NCBI RefSeq assembly: GCF_009834535.1
Contig: NC_045696.1
Location: 10,790,001-10,854,000, forward strand
Direction of reading: 5' to 3'
Length of the DNA: 64,000 nucleotides
Source: Camelus ferus
Taxonomy: Eukaryota
The notes under the pieces: model-generated
The model's input: only the letters and a program-made list of their open reading frames with translations
The model's database searches: none
Told to the model about the DNA's origin: nothing
Program-made: the position numbers and the translations under genes
Shown: piece by piece, positions 38,500 to 50,256 of the stretch
Position numbering within the stretch: position 1 is the first letter of the stretch
How the letters are laid out: every line of letters begins with the position of its first letter

Positions 38500-39070
38500 C
38501 AAATCACATTAAACTCCTACTCAGCACTCTTCAGTGGATTCCTGTGGATGGTCTAGACAGCATCTGAAATAACTGACACAGCCCAAAAGGCTCTGCCTAT
38601 GCTGGTCCTCACTGCAGTATCATTACCAGCCCTGCCCCCATCCAACTGGCCACTCTGACCACGTTTTGGCTCCTCTAACTTTCAGCCTTTTTCGTCTCAG
38701 GACCTTTGCACATGCTACTCATTGTGCCTGGACACAACATCTTCCCCTCCCACCTCAGACAGACAGATACACACACACACACACACAAACACACCCCTTA
38801 CTTTTGGATGACTTCTGCTCATCCTTCAAGTCTCAGTGTACATATTTTACTTTCTTAGCGAGTTCTTTGCTGACCCATTCAGACTAAGTTTGTCCTGCTG
38901 TCATCCCCTTTGTCACAGGCTTTGTTAGAATAGATCATGTGATTTGCTGCTCTGTCTCTGTCCTCCCCGAGACGAGGCTCAGCTCCACATATGAGGTATC
39001 ATGTCTGTGTTGTCACTAACGTAACACCTTACAGGCACACCAGAGGCAAGAGTGGGGAAATATTTGGGGA
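38500..39070 (+). mobile_element. L2 3' region with (CA)n
   Basis: CTCAGGACCTTTGCACATGCT...CTGCTCATCCTTCAAGTCTCAG. Confidence 0.7.
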
Positions 39071-40959
39071 AAGAAGGGAGAAAGGAAGTTGAGAGGGGAG
39101 GAAAAAATTGGAAAGAAGGAAGGAAAGTGAAACTGGGAGAGGATTGGAAGGAAAGAAGGGACGGTGGGGCTCCTCCGAGTTGCTGTCATTGGAAAGCTTC
39201 CATCACCGAAACATCCTCCACTCAGATAAGCAAGGGGTCCCGCCTTAGCAACAGCCAGCTCATCTCCTCCTTCCCTCCTTTCTCTCTTTCTATGTTTAGT
39301 TTCCTATTTCTCTATTCCTTTTTAAAAATCTCCATACAAAAGTAGATGACTAAGTAGAACCAACATCAAAAAATTAAATTATCCTTCAATTTTAAAGTAA
39401 AACATCTGTGTTGGGCCCACAAGATATTTTTACCATTTTTTTTTTTAACAGAGAATCTTAGCATTTTCCTCCTTATGTCCTCTTTTTCTTCTCAAGGATC
39501 CATTCGTCTTATGTGGATGGGTCTTTACAATCTCCCCAACATTTCAGTGCTGAAATACCATGCTAATATATTGGAACTAGACACATAACTAAGAAAGGTA
39601 ACCAGACAAATGGCTGGATCTTTCATATATAGGATTAAGCAACCATAAAGAAATTATATCAAGAGGTCAAGAGGCTGACTGCTCAACTATTTTCCTTTAA
39701 TGAATTAAGAAAGAACTAGTCGAGAAAAATATAATGACATGGAAATAGCCAAGCAAATAGAAAATGTTTGAAGGTGAGAACCATTAAAATACAAAACAAC
39801 CTGTAAAAAGCAATACAATCTCTAGCACTTCAGGTCGTCTTAAAATAGGCAAAATAAACTCATTCCAGAATATATTCAGCTACTTATGAAATGACTGTAT
39901 TCAGTATATTGTCTAAAAATTTATTTTTCAGGGCAATGCATTAATACTAACAAGTAAAATGGCACTGACCAACAGAACTCTACGCCACTTAAACTATATA
40001 TTGTTTTCCCAGGTTTGAAAGCACAAAGAAAGTATTGTACTTTAAGTATGGAAAAATGGGGAAATGCCTTATTGCTTTGTTTGAGTCATTTTCAAGTTCA
40101 TTTTATTGAGAGTATCCATCAGTTAAGAGCCTGAGACTAAAGAAAGGAAGGGAAGAAGGAAGGAAGGAATCTACACGTTCAAGTTAATATTGTCATTCAA
40201 AGGTGTTACCTGGAGATGGTGCATTTATTCTCCAGTAACTCCATCCCCAACCATCTGGGGAAAATTCCCACTTGAAACTATCTTTTCTGTAGCGGTCCTG
40301 GTTGGTAGCAGGCGCACCAGTTAGAGTATCATTGATAGATGGATACACGTGTATCACACGCCATGATAAAGGTTTAGGCTTGGAAGGGACTTTTGAGGTT
40401 ATCATGTGTTTATTTTATGGATGAGAAAGCTGAGATTCATCAAATTTAAGACTTGACAAAGTCACAGAGCTTTTACGCACTTAAAAATCAATGAGAGAGT
40501 GAGAAAAGGGATTTGAATTGTGACTACATTGAATTATTCAAAGTATATAATTCTTTTTTGTTGGATTCCTCATTCATTCACTCTACAGATATTTACCGAA
40601 TGCCTAGTATGTTCCCAGCACTGCAAAGGATAGCAGTGAACAAAATGGACCAAAAAACAAAATGTCCATCTTCATGGAGTTCACATTCCAGGAATTCAAT
40701 ATAATTTAAGTTCCTGATTCTATTTTCCATTCAGAGCTTGCTATTTTAACAGTTCTCAGGAACCACTTGATTAGAATCAAAGATGTTGAACAAAAGCTCT
40801 CCAGTCATAATTTGATGAGTGTAGGGGTTACAAATATGAGTCAATGCTATTAATCACAAAGAGAAAATAAAGGAACATACGTTCATTTTTTTTTAATGAG
40901 AAATTAAATCCCATGAAAAAACAGTGTTCCAACAGGACACCCAGATTCACCAGCCACGT

Positions 40960-41300
40960 CTCCTAAAACAGCGGGCAAGACTGTTGGAAATCAGAGGAAA
41001 GAAAACTAAGCATTTTTAAAGGCTTTCCACGCAGGATGAGAAAACATGAAACTTTTGGCAAGCATCCTGGTGGCTTGCAGGATGAAACCACTCCTTGCCT
41101 GCAAGTGTTTATCCCACAGCTGTTGGAAATGAAGGATGTCAAAATACACAGAAGCAAGAATCCATGCACACACATCAAAGAAGCAACGCTCCAGGGCACA
41201 CCCAGCATTGAAGTGGACCAAAGCTGGGGCTCATGAGACACAGGAATGGAAGGTCCTAGACCACATAGAAGACCAACCAATCTTGATGTCACAACCACCA
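40960..41300 (+). mobile_element. Probable ancient RTE-clade LINE fossil (L4/RTE-X-like ORF2 C-terminus)
   Basis: 40985-41020 encodes WKSEERKLSIFK, followed by LQVFI...TLQGTPSIE...WG, in the same order as the RTE C-terminal motifs. Confidence 0.5.
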
Positions 41301-42145
41301 CCTTGGCTGTTTTCATCCCTCCTGTACTATCATGGGAAATTATCCCAGACATTCGGAAATGCATTCTAATAGGACACAAGATCTGTGGCTGTTACTTCAG
41401 TCTATACAAGGCGCATTATGTATTTAATGATACCATAAAAACTGAGACAAGTCTCCCTTTTTTATTTATTTATTTTTGTTTTTTAAACTAAATCTCATAT
41501 TTACTGCACCAACAGACATCTCTATTCTTTAAAGCCAAAACATTGATCTTATTTTATAAAGAAAATGCATTTGTATTTTGAGAAGCCAGTGTTCTGAAAG
41601 TTCATATACCCCTGTAATTCTTTGGTTTAAAGTGAAAATACCTCATTCCAGCCACAAGGGAGCAGCTAATCCTCTGATGGGGCAAAGACTGTGTAACCCT
41701 CTCAGCGACAGTTTCACAATGTGGAGAAATGGTGATGTGCTTTGTTTTTCTGGTTTTCAATCTTTATGGAATGTGACCACGTTAGTTTTACAATTTCAAT
41801 AAATATCCACTAAAAATAAAAAGAGAGTGATTCTCCACTATAACTAGAAGTAAGAGGTTCTATGTGCTAAGGTTCCCACTTTCACCAAAAAATGACAAAA
41901 GAAGGTGACAAAGCCAAGAAAGCAATGGAGAGATCACCCTTAGGTCAACTAAGTAACAGAACATGGGATGTACAAGAATTCTGATTTTTCTCTTCCATCA
42001 CCTCTTCATTCAAACAATTCCAGAGACTTTTGTAAGCACTAGGAAACTGGTCCCTAAACTGTCATAGGCTATTTAGATAAGAAAAAGAAAGAGGTAGAAG
42101 GCAGTAGAGCAGCAATTTGAATCACTCTGATGAGAACCTAGAAAG

Positions 42146-42266
42146 ATTTGAAAACAAATATATGCATGTATGTGCATGACTGGGACATTTTGCTGTACAG
42201 TGGAAATCGACACACTGTAATTGACTGTGTTTAAGAAAAAGATGTGCAAAATGAAAAAAAAAAAAA
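42146..42266 (+). mobile_element. Short L1 3' tail insertion with 13 bp TSD
   Basis: TSD AGAACCTAGAAAG at 42133-42145 and 42267-42279; polyA tail. Confidence 0.9.
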
Positions 42267-42439
42267 AGAACCTAGAAAGGATACAGTACAAACCACAGTT
42301 CCAAGGCCTGAGAGCTGCAAGAGGCTGGATCAGGACACGGAACTATGGCGTCCCAGCCACAGCATGCTCCACCAGCCAAAAGTCAGCTGGCAAGACTTGT
42401 ATTATATAATTAACTCCCAGAAGACAACTTGACGACACA

Positions 42440-42900
42440 TATAAAACCAGGTACGTCCTTCCACCCAGTAATTTCTCTTTTAAGTCTTTAAGAGCTAACC
42501 AGAAAATTACACTAAACTGTTTGTATAAAGATGCTCATTTCAGCATTCTTTATGATATGAAAGAAATGGACACACTCTCAATGTCCCACAAAAGGGCCTA
42601 ATTAGACAATTAAGGAGTATCTATATGAGGGACTCTTATGCTGCCTTTAAAAAGAAATATACAGGCACAGAGTTGGTGATATGAAAAAAAATCTCCATGA
42701 CATATGGTTAAGCAAAAACAAGCAGTTTATAAAAAGACATGTATGGTACAGTGTCATTTCTATTTAACAGGATGTATGAATGGTAGCGAGACATCTGGAA
42801 GAATGTTCTCCAGTCTATTGGTAGTGGATCTCTCTAGGAGGGGAATTTAGGAAAATGTTTACTTCATTCCTTTTTCTGTCCTGTGCTGTTTGAACATTCG
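42440..42900 (+). mobile_element. Old L1ME-like fragment
   Basis: CCCAGTAATTTCTCTTTTAAG...GATGCTCATTTCAGCATT...AATGTCCCAC. Confidence 0.55.
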
Positions 42901-45900
42901 ACAAGAGTGGGTGTGGATTTCATCATCTGGTCCTGGAAGGAGGCAGAAAGGATAGGCACTGGAGCTTCTTGGGAAGTCTTGGGAAACCCCAGGATACTGA
43001 TCCGGGAGCCCGTGTGGATGGATTCGAGGGTGGACAGAAAGTCTTCAGTGGTGTGGAAGCAAAGAGTGAGCCAAGGCAGTTAATGGCCAGAGAAAGGTCT
43101 GTGACGAAGCAGAATTTTGAGGCAATTAGATTGAATTCTCTGCAAGTCTACGTGGGATTGCGCGTTCCCATTAGTATTCATAGAATTCTAGCCATCTGAG
43201 AACTCAGTGGGCCACTGGAACCACCTGGTTAACTGGGATTTTCTCGATTAGCTTAGGGCCTGTGTGCAGGGAAAGCAAATCCCAAGTTAATTTTCTCATG
43301 AAATGCTACCTTCTTCGGAGGTGGGGGAGAAATTGTTCCACAGGATGTACTAAATCATCAAGGTCCATGGGTAGGCTCCAAACTGTGCTGAATGGTCGTT
43401 GCATTCAGCACTATGAGATATACTAAATTTTTCTTTCCTAAAAGAGGGTGAAAAAAAGAGATCAAAGGATTTTTTCTTACTGTAAATATAACAGGACTCA
43501 GCAGTAACTGTAGAATATCCTTGTAATTATTATATTTAGCTTTGAAATTCTCATAAACTAAAGATGTGAGTAGTTATCTATTAGAAGTATAATAGCTCTA
43601 ATGCGCAAAAATTTAGGGGTAAATGAGAAGCATTTTGGACCTGGTTACTAGTTTGCCTGATTGAAGACTCTTTATAGAGTGGATGGAGTTAGCAACAGAA
43701 ATTAAAAGTCCTCACTTTTTAAACTATTTTCAATACTTCAATGACATATTTTCCATGACCTAAATTCAAAAAAGGGATCACAAAGATAGAGCCAAAATAC
43801 TTCTTTAAAAGAAAAATATCTTCAAAATTATTGCCCCAAGGAGTTCCAATTCAAATGTCTGGGAAAATGACATTGTCATTTTCAGAGGGCGTTCCTATTT
43901 GATCCTTTTAAAACTTAACTGCCAAAAGAAATAAAAGAGAAAACCATAAAGTAAAACCAAGCTGCAACAAAGAATCTTCAAACACTTGAGCCTATTTAAA
44001 CGTTTTAGAACATCTCAAAGTGGAAAGTATCTCTGCTCAAACCTAGTTAGAAAATATTTGATGTTACAACACAGATTTCCTATCATGCACTTTGAGTTAA
44101 CACAGAGATACAACTTAATACAATAAGCATGGCTTCTCCCATTGGGGATTCTGAAAACATAAGAAATTGAGCATGCTGGCTACCTATTTGGTTTGAATTA
44201 ATAGCAATGTATCTATAGGATATTATTAAGATCAAGTTATTCTAAGGCCATTCGCTGCTTAAAATTTTCCCATTTAGCTGAATCCATTCATTGCTAATGT
44301 TAAAAATGAGTTTTTTGGTGAGACCCACCACTCCCCACCCCACCCCCCAAAAAAGTATTTGATTGTGTAATCTTCAAAGTGTTTAATCTGTATTAAAGCT
44401 AAATCCAGAGGCTCTGAAACCTTAGGGGCTCTCGATGTGGATTTTTGTTCTGGTTCACACACCTTGAGACAAAGGCTCATAGTCAAGATGTGGAGGAAAA
44501 AGACGTTTTTTTGTGTGCGAGATGCGGGGCAAATTTATTCCCGAGGCAGCCTGGAATGGGCTTCAGAAAATGGATAGAGTGTCTTCTTAAAGAAAGAGGC
44601 CTCTAAGTAAACTCAACTGCCATTCAAAAGATTTGCTCTGACACTTAACAAGTGGTGCAGGCAGAAAGGAAAATCTGTTGTCAGGTTTGGGGTGTTTATC
44701 AGCCCCCCTCGAGACACTTGACCTAATGCTTTGGCCCCCCTAATCCTCTGATCTGCATGCTGCGGCCTCACGAGCCTCAGCCCCCAACTGCTGGCCAAAT
44801 TGCCTGCAACACTTGTCCCAACACAGAGATCCCTCGGGACATTGTGTGCTGCTCACCTACTCCCCCTTCTCCCCTCCCGCCCCTCTCTCGCGGCTCCCCC
44901 TAAATTTAATTCTGCTCACAAATTGTGAAATAAGTTGTTTGGGCTGGATTTGTCGAGTGAATTGTCTCACTAATGAAACAGTCTGTTCATTATACAGTTG
45001 TAGGATGGAAGATTTAGCGCTCCCATACCCCGGGACCCGGGCAGGTTAACGTTTTTGGACTGACAGTTGACAAAAGAATGAATAGCTCTCTCCTGTCAAA
45101 TCAGGCTTACAAACAGCTTGGCATACAAACAGTTACTGCTTGTATGCATGCGGATTTAGGGTCCCCGCCTGCTAATGCCCCAGATTTGTAAGTACAAATT
45201 GGTTAGTCTTCAAACTGTTTGCAAAAGGAATAAAATGACCAAAAATTAGTTTGTTTTAGCCTTTTCCCCTCCCCTCCCAGCTCCTGCAAGTGAAACATTT
45301 AAAAAAAAAAAGAAAAGAAAAGGATAAAATAGTGTGTAATGGTCTCATGGAATATTGTTGGGTTTTCGCTTAAGGCATCAAATTAAGCAGGACCATTGTT
45401 TGGCAGGAAACATTTTGTTCTGCTCGGGCACCCTGCTTCTCTGAAAGCAGCTGAAAATCTAATGGAATTAATTTAAGATGTGTGATTTTAAAAGATGGGG
45501 TGGGGAGAGATCAAAACTTTCATTTCTTTTCATTTTAGTACCTGTTACTGAAAACTGGTTACAATGCCTCCCTTCCTTTTAATTGCATTGGTCTTTTAAA
45601 ACGCGTCATTTAGATTTCTGAAACTTTTTCAAAGGCAATTATGTGTAAATTAGATAAAACCCATTTTATTTTTCTATGGCAGTTTCAAGTGTTTTGAGAA
45701 TAAATTAAACTAATTTATGGAGGGAGAATGCTTTATAGGAAATAACGTGAATGTATTTTTACCATGTAATTTGTTACCAGTTTGGTTATAATTTTTTGTC
45801 TGGGCAAATATAACCCTTTGGTTTATTATAACTGCAGCGGAACAGCAGACAAAAAGTAATATCATATATTTCTATCACTATAGGAGAAACAAACAAATGA

Positions 45901-48639
45901 AGGTAACAGACTAAGAGTTTTTTCAAATTCAAGCTCAATCTACCATCTTTGACGTAAGAACTTTTTCCTTCTTGAGCCCCAGGGAGGCCAAACCCTTTCT
46001 AATACTAGGAAGAGTCTCATATTTTAGTCAGTTCATCATTACGTTTCCGTGTACTCCAAAGACAATTTTTAAAAATCAGATCTCTTGGCAATTTTGCAAG
46101 CAGCATTTATGAGTTAATTCAATCATCTCTTAAAACTTTTTCTCTTATCAGTGTCTGAAATCCTGTACTATTAGTTTGCAGCATTGAGTTCCAAACAATA
46201 AGTATAATCTTAATTCATAAATATGCAGAGTCAATGACATTTGGCTGTTGGGAATCTGAATAAAGTAAAAACATTAGACTGCTAATGAGTAAGCGGGACA
46301 GCCTTCATCCCTGATACTGTTGGATCGTTTTTCATGACGTTGCCTGAGTATGGAGTATATTGCACACATGAGCTCTGGTGTCAAAATTGGTCATTTAAAC
46401 TGGGAACAGGAGTAGGAGAGAAAGTTTCAAACAACTCAACAACAAGGAACTCTACACTAAGGCTGCACAATGACCAGCCTTGGGCGGTCTCTTTCTGTTT
46501 CTAGCTCTCTCTGCTCCTCCCAGAATTTTGCCAGTGCTTCCCTATAACACCCATTCCTTTTCCATCAAACCTAATATTTTTTTCTACTTCGTCATGACAT
46601 TTTAGAGCATGTTAAAGACAGAGGCCATGACTTGTGAAGAACTTCGAGCTAAGGAAATGCATATGTTTGGTGAAATATTATTTTTAGAGAAATGTGCTTA
46701 GAGAAATGGCATTTCCCGATGAATTTTGCAGTGGAATGACTCCTTTACCATGGAAAGCTATTGCAAAATGCAGGGGCTTTGGTCACGTGTCATCTGTTTG
46801 GGGTAGGCTCTCCTTACAATCCACCACGATTGAAAAGAACCCAGGGATGAGTAAGACCAAAGCTGATCCAAGTTCCATGCAAAGACTGAAGAAAAAAAAA
46901 ATGAATAAATATTTAGGGCTGTTTATTGCCTTAGTAGTGAGGAGAAACGAAAGTTGCTGGCGGAAGTATTTTTAATAGCAAGTGATAGGCTAAGATACAA
47001 AGCCTTCCTGCTTTAAAAAGGAGAAGAGGCTAAAGAAAGCTGCAGAATTAGCAGTGGGGAAGGGGAAGGCCATTGTACGCAGGTCTCTGCGGAAGGAAAT
47101 GCCATTGACCTGTATGTATTGTATTCTTGGGTGGCAAAATGACCCTTCTAAGAGCTTCTCTGCCCCTGCAATATAGTATTTCATATTGTTTTTGTGATGA
47201 GTAGTTTGTGTGTTACACTGCGGCTGGTCGCCTGGTCCAGCAGTCTCTCTCTCTCTCGCTATATATATATATATAAATATATATATATAATCAGTATCTA
47301 TATCTTTATCTGTATCTACCCTTATGAGGTTTCTGAGAAATCTCAACCAGCTAAAGCAGAAAAGTACTAGTGTCTTGTGAGGCATCCAGAAGACCCAATG
47401 GAAAGCACGGGGTCTTGGATGTAGCTTAATAAGCTAACCCAGTTGGTAAATGCCACTCTTGCGCTGCACCCCAGGTGAGACCTAATTCATCAAATGTCAG
47501 TCCTGGATGTCTGCCTCCCTCGTTTCACAGATGAGGAAACCAAGGTTCAAATTCACATTAGTTTAAAATTCAGACTGCCTGACCCCCTAGTCTAATAATA
47601 ATGTCTTTATTCCTTTATTTTAAAGGAAATGCTATAAATGCTGTAAACTGGTTTATCTTTTGGGTACATAATTCTAATATTATTTGTAAAAAAAATGGGA
47701 CATTTGTGTGAGTTTAGTGAGTTTTCTGAATTGATATTGTTTGGCCACATTTTGCCTTTTAGGTGTGTTTATGGCTCTGTGAGAGCTATTTTTAGGAGTT
47801 AATTACAGTGTCTACTTTTTTAGCAGTTAAATGCTAAGGTGGTGGTTATTGTTTTGTTCCTTGTAAAGTCAAACAAAACAAAACAAATCTATTCACTTTT
47901 TAGCATCTTTTAAAAATGTTAACATCCAAAATACATTTTTCACATAAAAAAATGTATTGATCTGAGAAAACTGTACCTAAACCATGACCCAAGGGTCAAA
48001 TGAATGGCAAACAGGAATGGCAATTAAAACGAGGTTTATGAGAAATGTATTTGCTTTACTTTATCCAGGTTTTCTAAGATGCCCTAAGTTCCCCTAAAAA
48101 CCTTGAAAGATTTTTGTTTTCTCCTTTGCCATTCCCCTCCTGGGGACCAGATTCATCACAAGCACCAATTCAATGTGACAGGACAGAAGCTGAAACAGCT
48201 GCCACTCAGGGCTCAGGTTAGGGTATCAGCCGCTCAGTTGCTTGGACCACATATCACCTTGATTCAACAGATTCTTTCTAAAATTCAAATATATCAGCAC
48301 TCCAGTTTGGCAGAGATTATCTTTTAGAGAAAGGGATACAGAAACAGAAAGGTTAATCACTCGAGATAAATTTCATCATTTCACCCAGTACCAGCTCATG
48401 GAAGATGTAAACGACAGCCACCACTCTTTAACTAAAGACGGGGCCTGGATATTAAATCCCACTTGAGAAGGAATGTAGTGTAGAGGTTGAAAACAAAAAT
48501 ACAAAATAAATAGGCTGTGCAGTCAGAAGATAAGGCTTCAAATTTTATTTCAGTTCCTTAAAAGCTGGGTGACCTTGATTATTTTTTTTCTATTTGTATA
48601 GACTTTTAAAAATTAACTTTTATATATATATATATATAT

Positions 48640-50018
48640 ATATATGACATATAGTTGATTTACAGTATTTTATTAATCTCAGGTTTACAGCATAGTAATT
48701 CAGTATTTTTGCAGATTATACTCCATTGTAGGTTATTACAAGATAATGACAATTCCTTGTGCTATATAGTATATCCTTATTGCTTATTTATTTTATACAT
48801 AGTGGTTTGTATCTCTTAATCCCATACTCCTAATTTGCCCCTCCCTACTTCCACAAGTTTGTTTTCTATGTCTGTGAGTTTGAGTCTGTTTTGCATTCAT
48901 TTGTATTATTTTTTAGTTTCCACATATAAGTGATATCATACAGTATTTGTCTTTATCTGACTTATTTCACTAAGCATAATATTCTCTGAGAATGCAATTT
49001 GGTGCAGCTGTTATGGAAAACAGTATGGAGATTCCTCAAAAGACTAAAAATAGGCTTACCATATGATCCAGCAATCCCACTCTTGAGCATATATCCAAAG
49101 GAAACCTTGATTCAAAAAGATACTTGCACCCCAATATTCATAGCCAAGACATGAAAGCCACCTAAATATCCATCGACAGATGACTAGATAGAGAAGTTGT
49201 GGTATATTTACAGTGGAATACTACTCAGCCATAAAAATAAGGTAAAATAATGCTATTTGCAGCAACCTGGATGGACCTGGAGATCATCATTCTTAGTGAA
49301 GTAAGCCAGAAAGAAAGAAAAATACCATATGATATCACTTATACGTGGAATCTAAAAAAGACAAACGAACTTACTAAAAAATAGAAACAGATTCACAGAC
49401 ACTGAAAACAAACTTATGGTTAGCAGAGGGGGAAGGGTGTGGGAAGGGATAAATTGGGAGTTTGAGACTTGTGGATACTGGCTAATGTATATATATAAAA
49501 TAGATAAACAATAAACAACAAACAAATTTATACTGCATAGCACAGGGAACTATATTCAATATCCTGTAGTAACTTATGGTGAAAAAGAATATGAAAATGA
49601 ATATATGTATGTTCATGTTTGACTGAAGCATTACTTTGTATGCTAGAAATTGACACAACATTGTAAACTGACTATACTTCAATAAAAATATATACATACA
49701 ACATCAAAAAATTTTCTAGGTCCATCCACATTGCTGCAAATGGCAAAATTTTATTCTTTTTTATGGCTGAGTAATATTTCACTGTGTATGTATACCACAT
49801 CTTCTTATCCAATCATCTGCTGATGGGCACTTGGATTGCTTCCATGTCTTAGCCATTGTAAAAAGTGCTGCTGTGAATGTTAGGGTGCATGAATCTTTTC
49901 CAATTAGTGTTTTTGTTTTTTTCAGATACATATCAAGGAGTGGAATTGCTGGACCAAATGGTAGCTCTATTTTTAGTTTTTTGAGGAACCTCCTTATGGT
50001 TTTCCAAGTGGCTGCACC
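48640..50018 (-). mobile_element. L1 3' end (host), interrupted at about 48989/49711
   Basis: Antisense 3'UTR 48640-48989 ending TTCACTAAGCATAATATTCTCT and resuming CTAGGTCCATCCACATTGCTGCAAATGGC; ORF 49779..50030 is the ORF2 C-terminus. Confidence 0.9.
48990..49710 (+). mobile_element. Nested younger L1 3' end
   Basis: GGAAAACAGTATGGAGATTCCTCAAA...CCATATGATCCAGCAATCCCACTC...CTATACTTCAATAAAA. Confidence 0.9.
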
Positions 50019-50109
50019 TTGGTTATTCAACTGGGCTGTGCATCATTTCTTCACCTATATGGTGGGGGTGATATTGGATATTCTCAAGATCGTCTAGTGC
50101 CCTGCTCTT

Positions 50110-50256
50110 CTAAGTGAGGTTCCTTAGACCAGCAGGATCAACATGACCTTGTTAAGAATGCAGAATCTTAGGCTCCATTCCACCTGCTGAATCAGAATCT
50201 GTTTTAATAAGACCCTGATGATTCATATGCACATTAAAGTTTAAGGAACGCTAGCT
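50110..50256. mobile_element. MER5A-like MITE
   Basis: ACCAGCAGGATCAACAT...AATGCAGAATCTTAGGC...TGAATCAGAATCTG...CACATTAAAGTTT. Confidence 0.8.
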
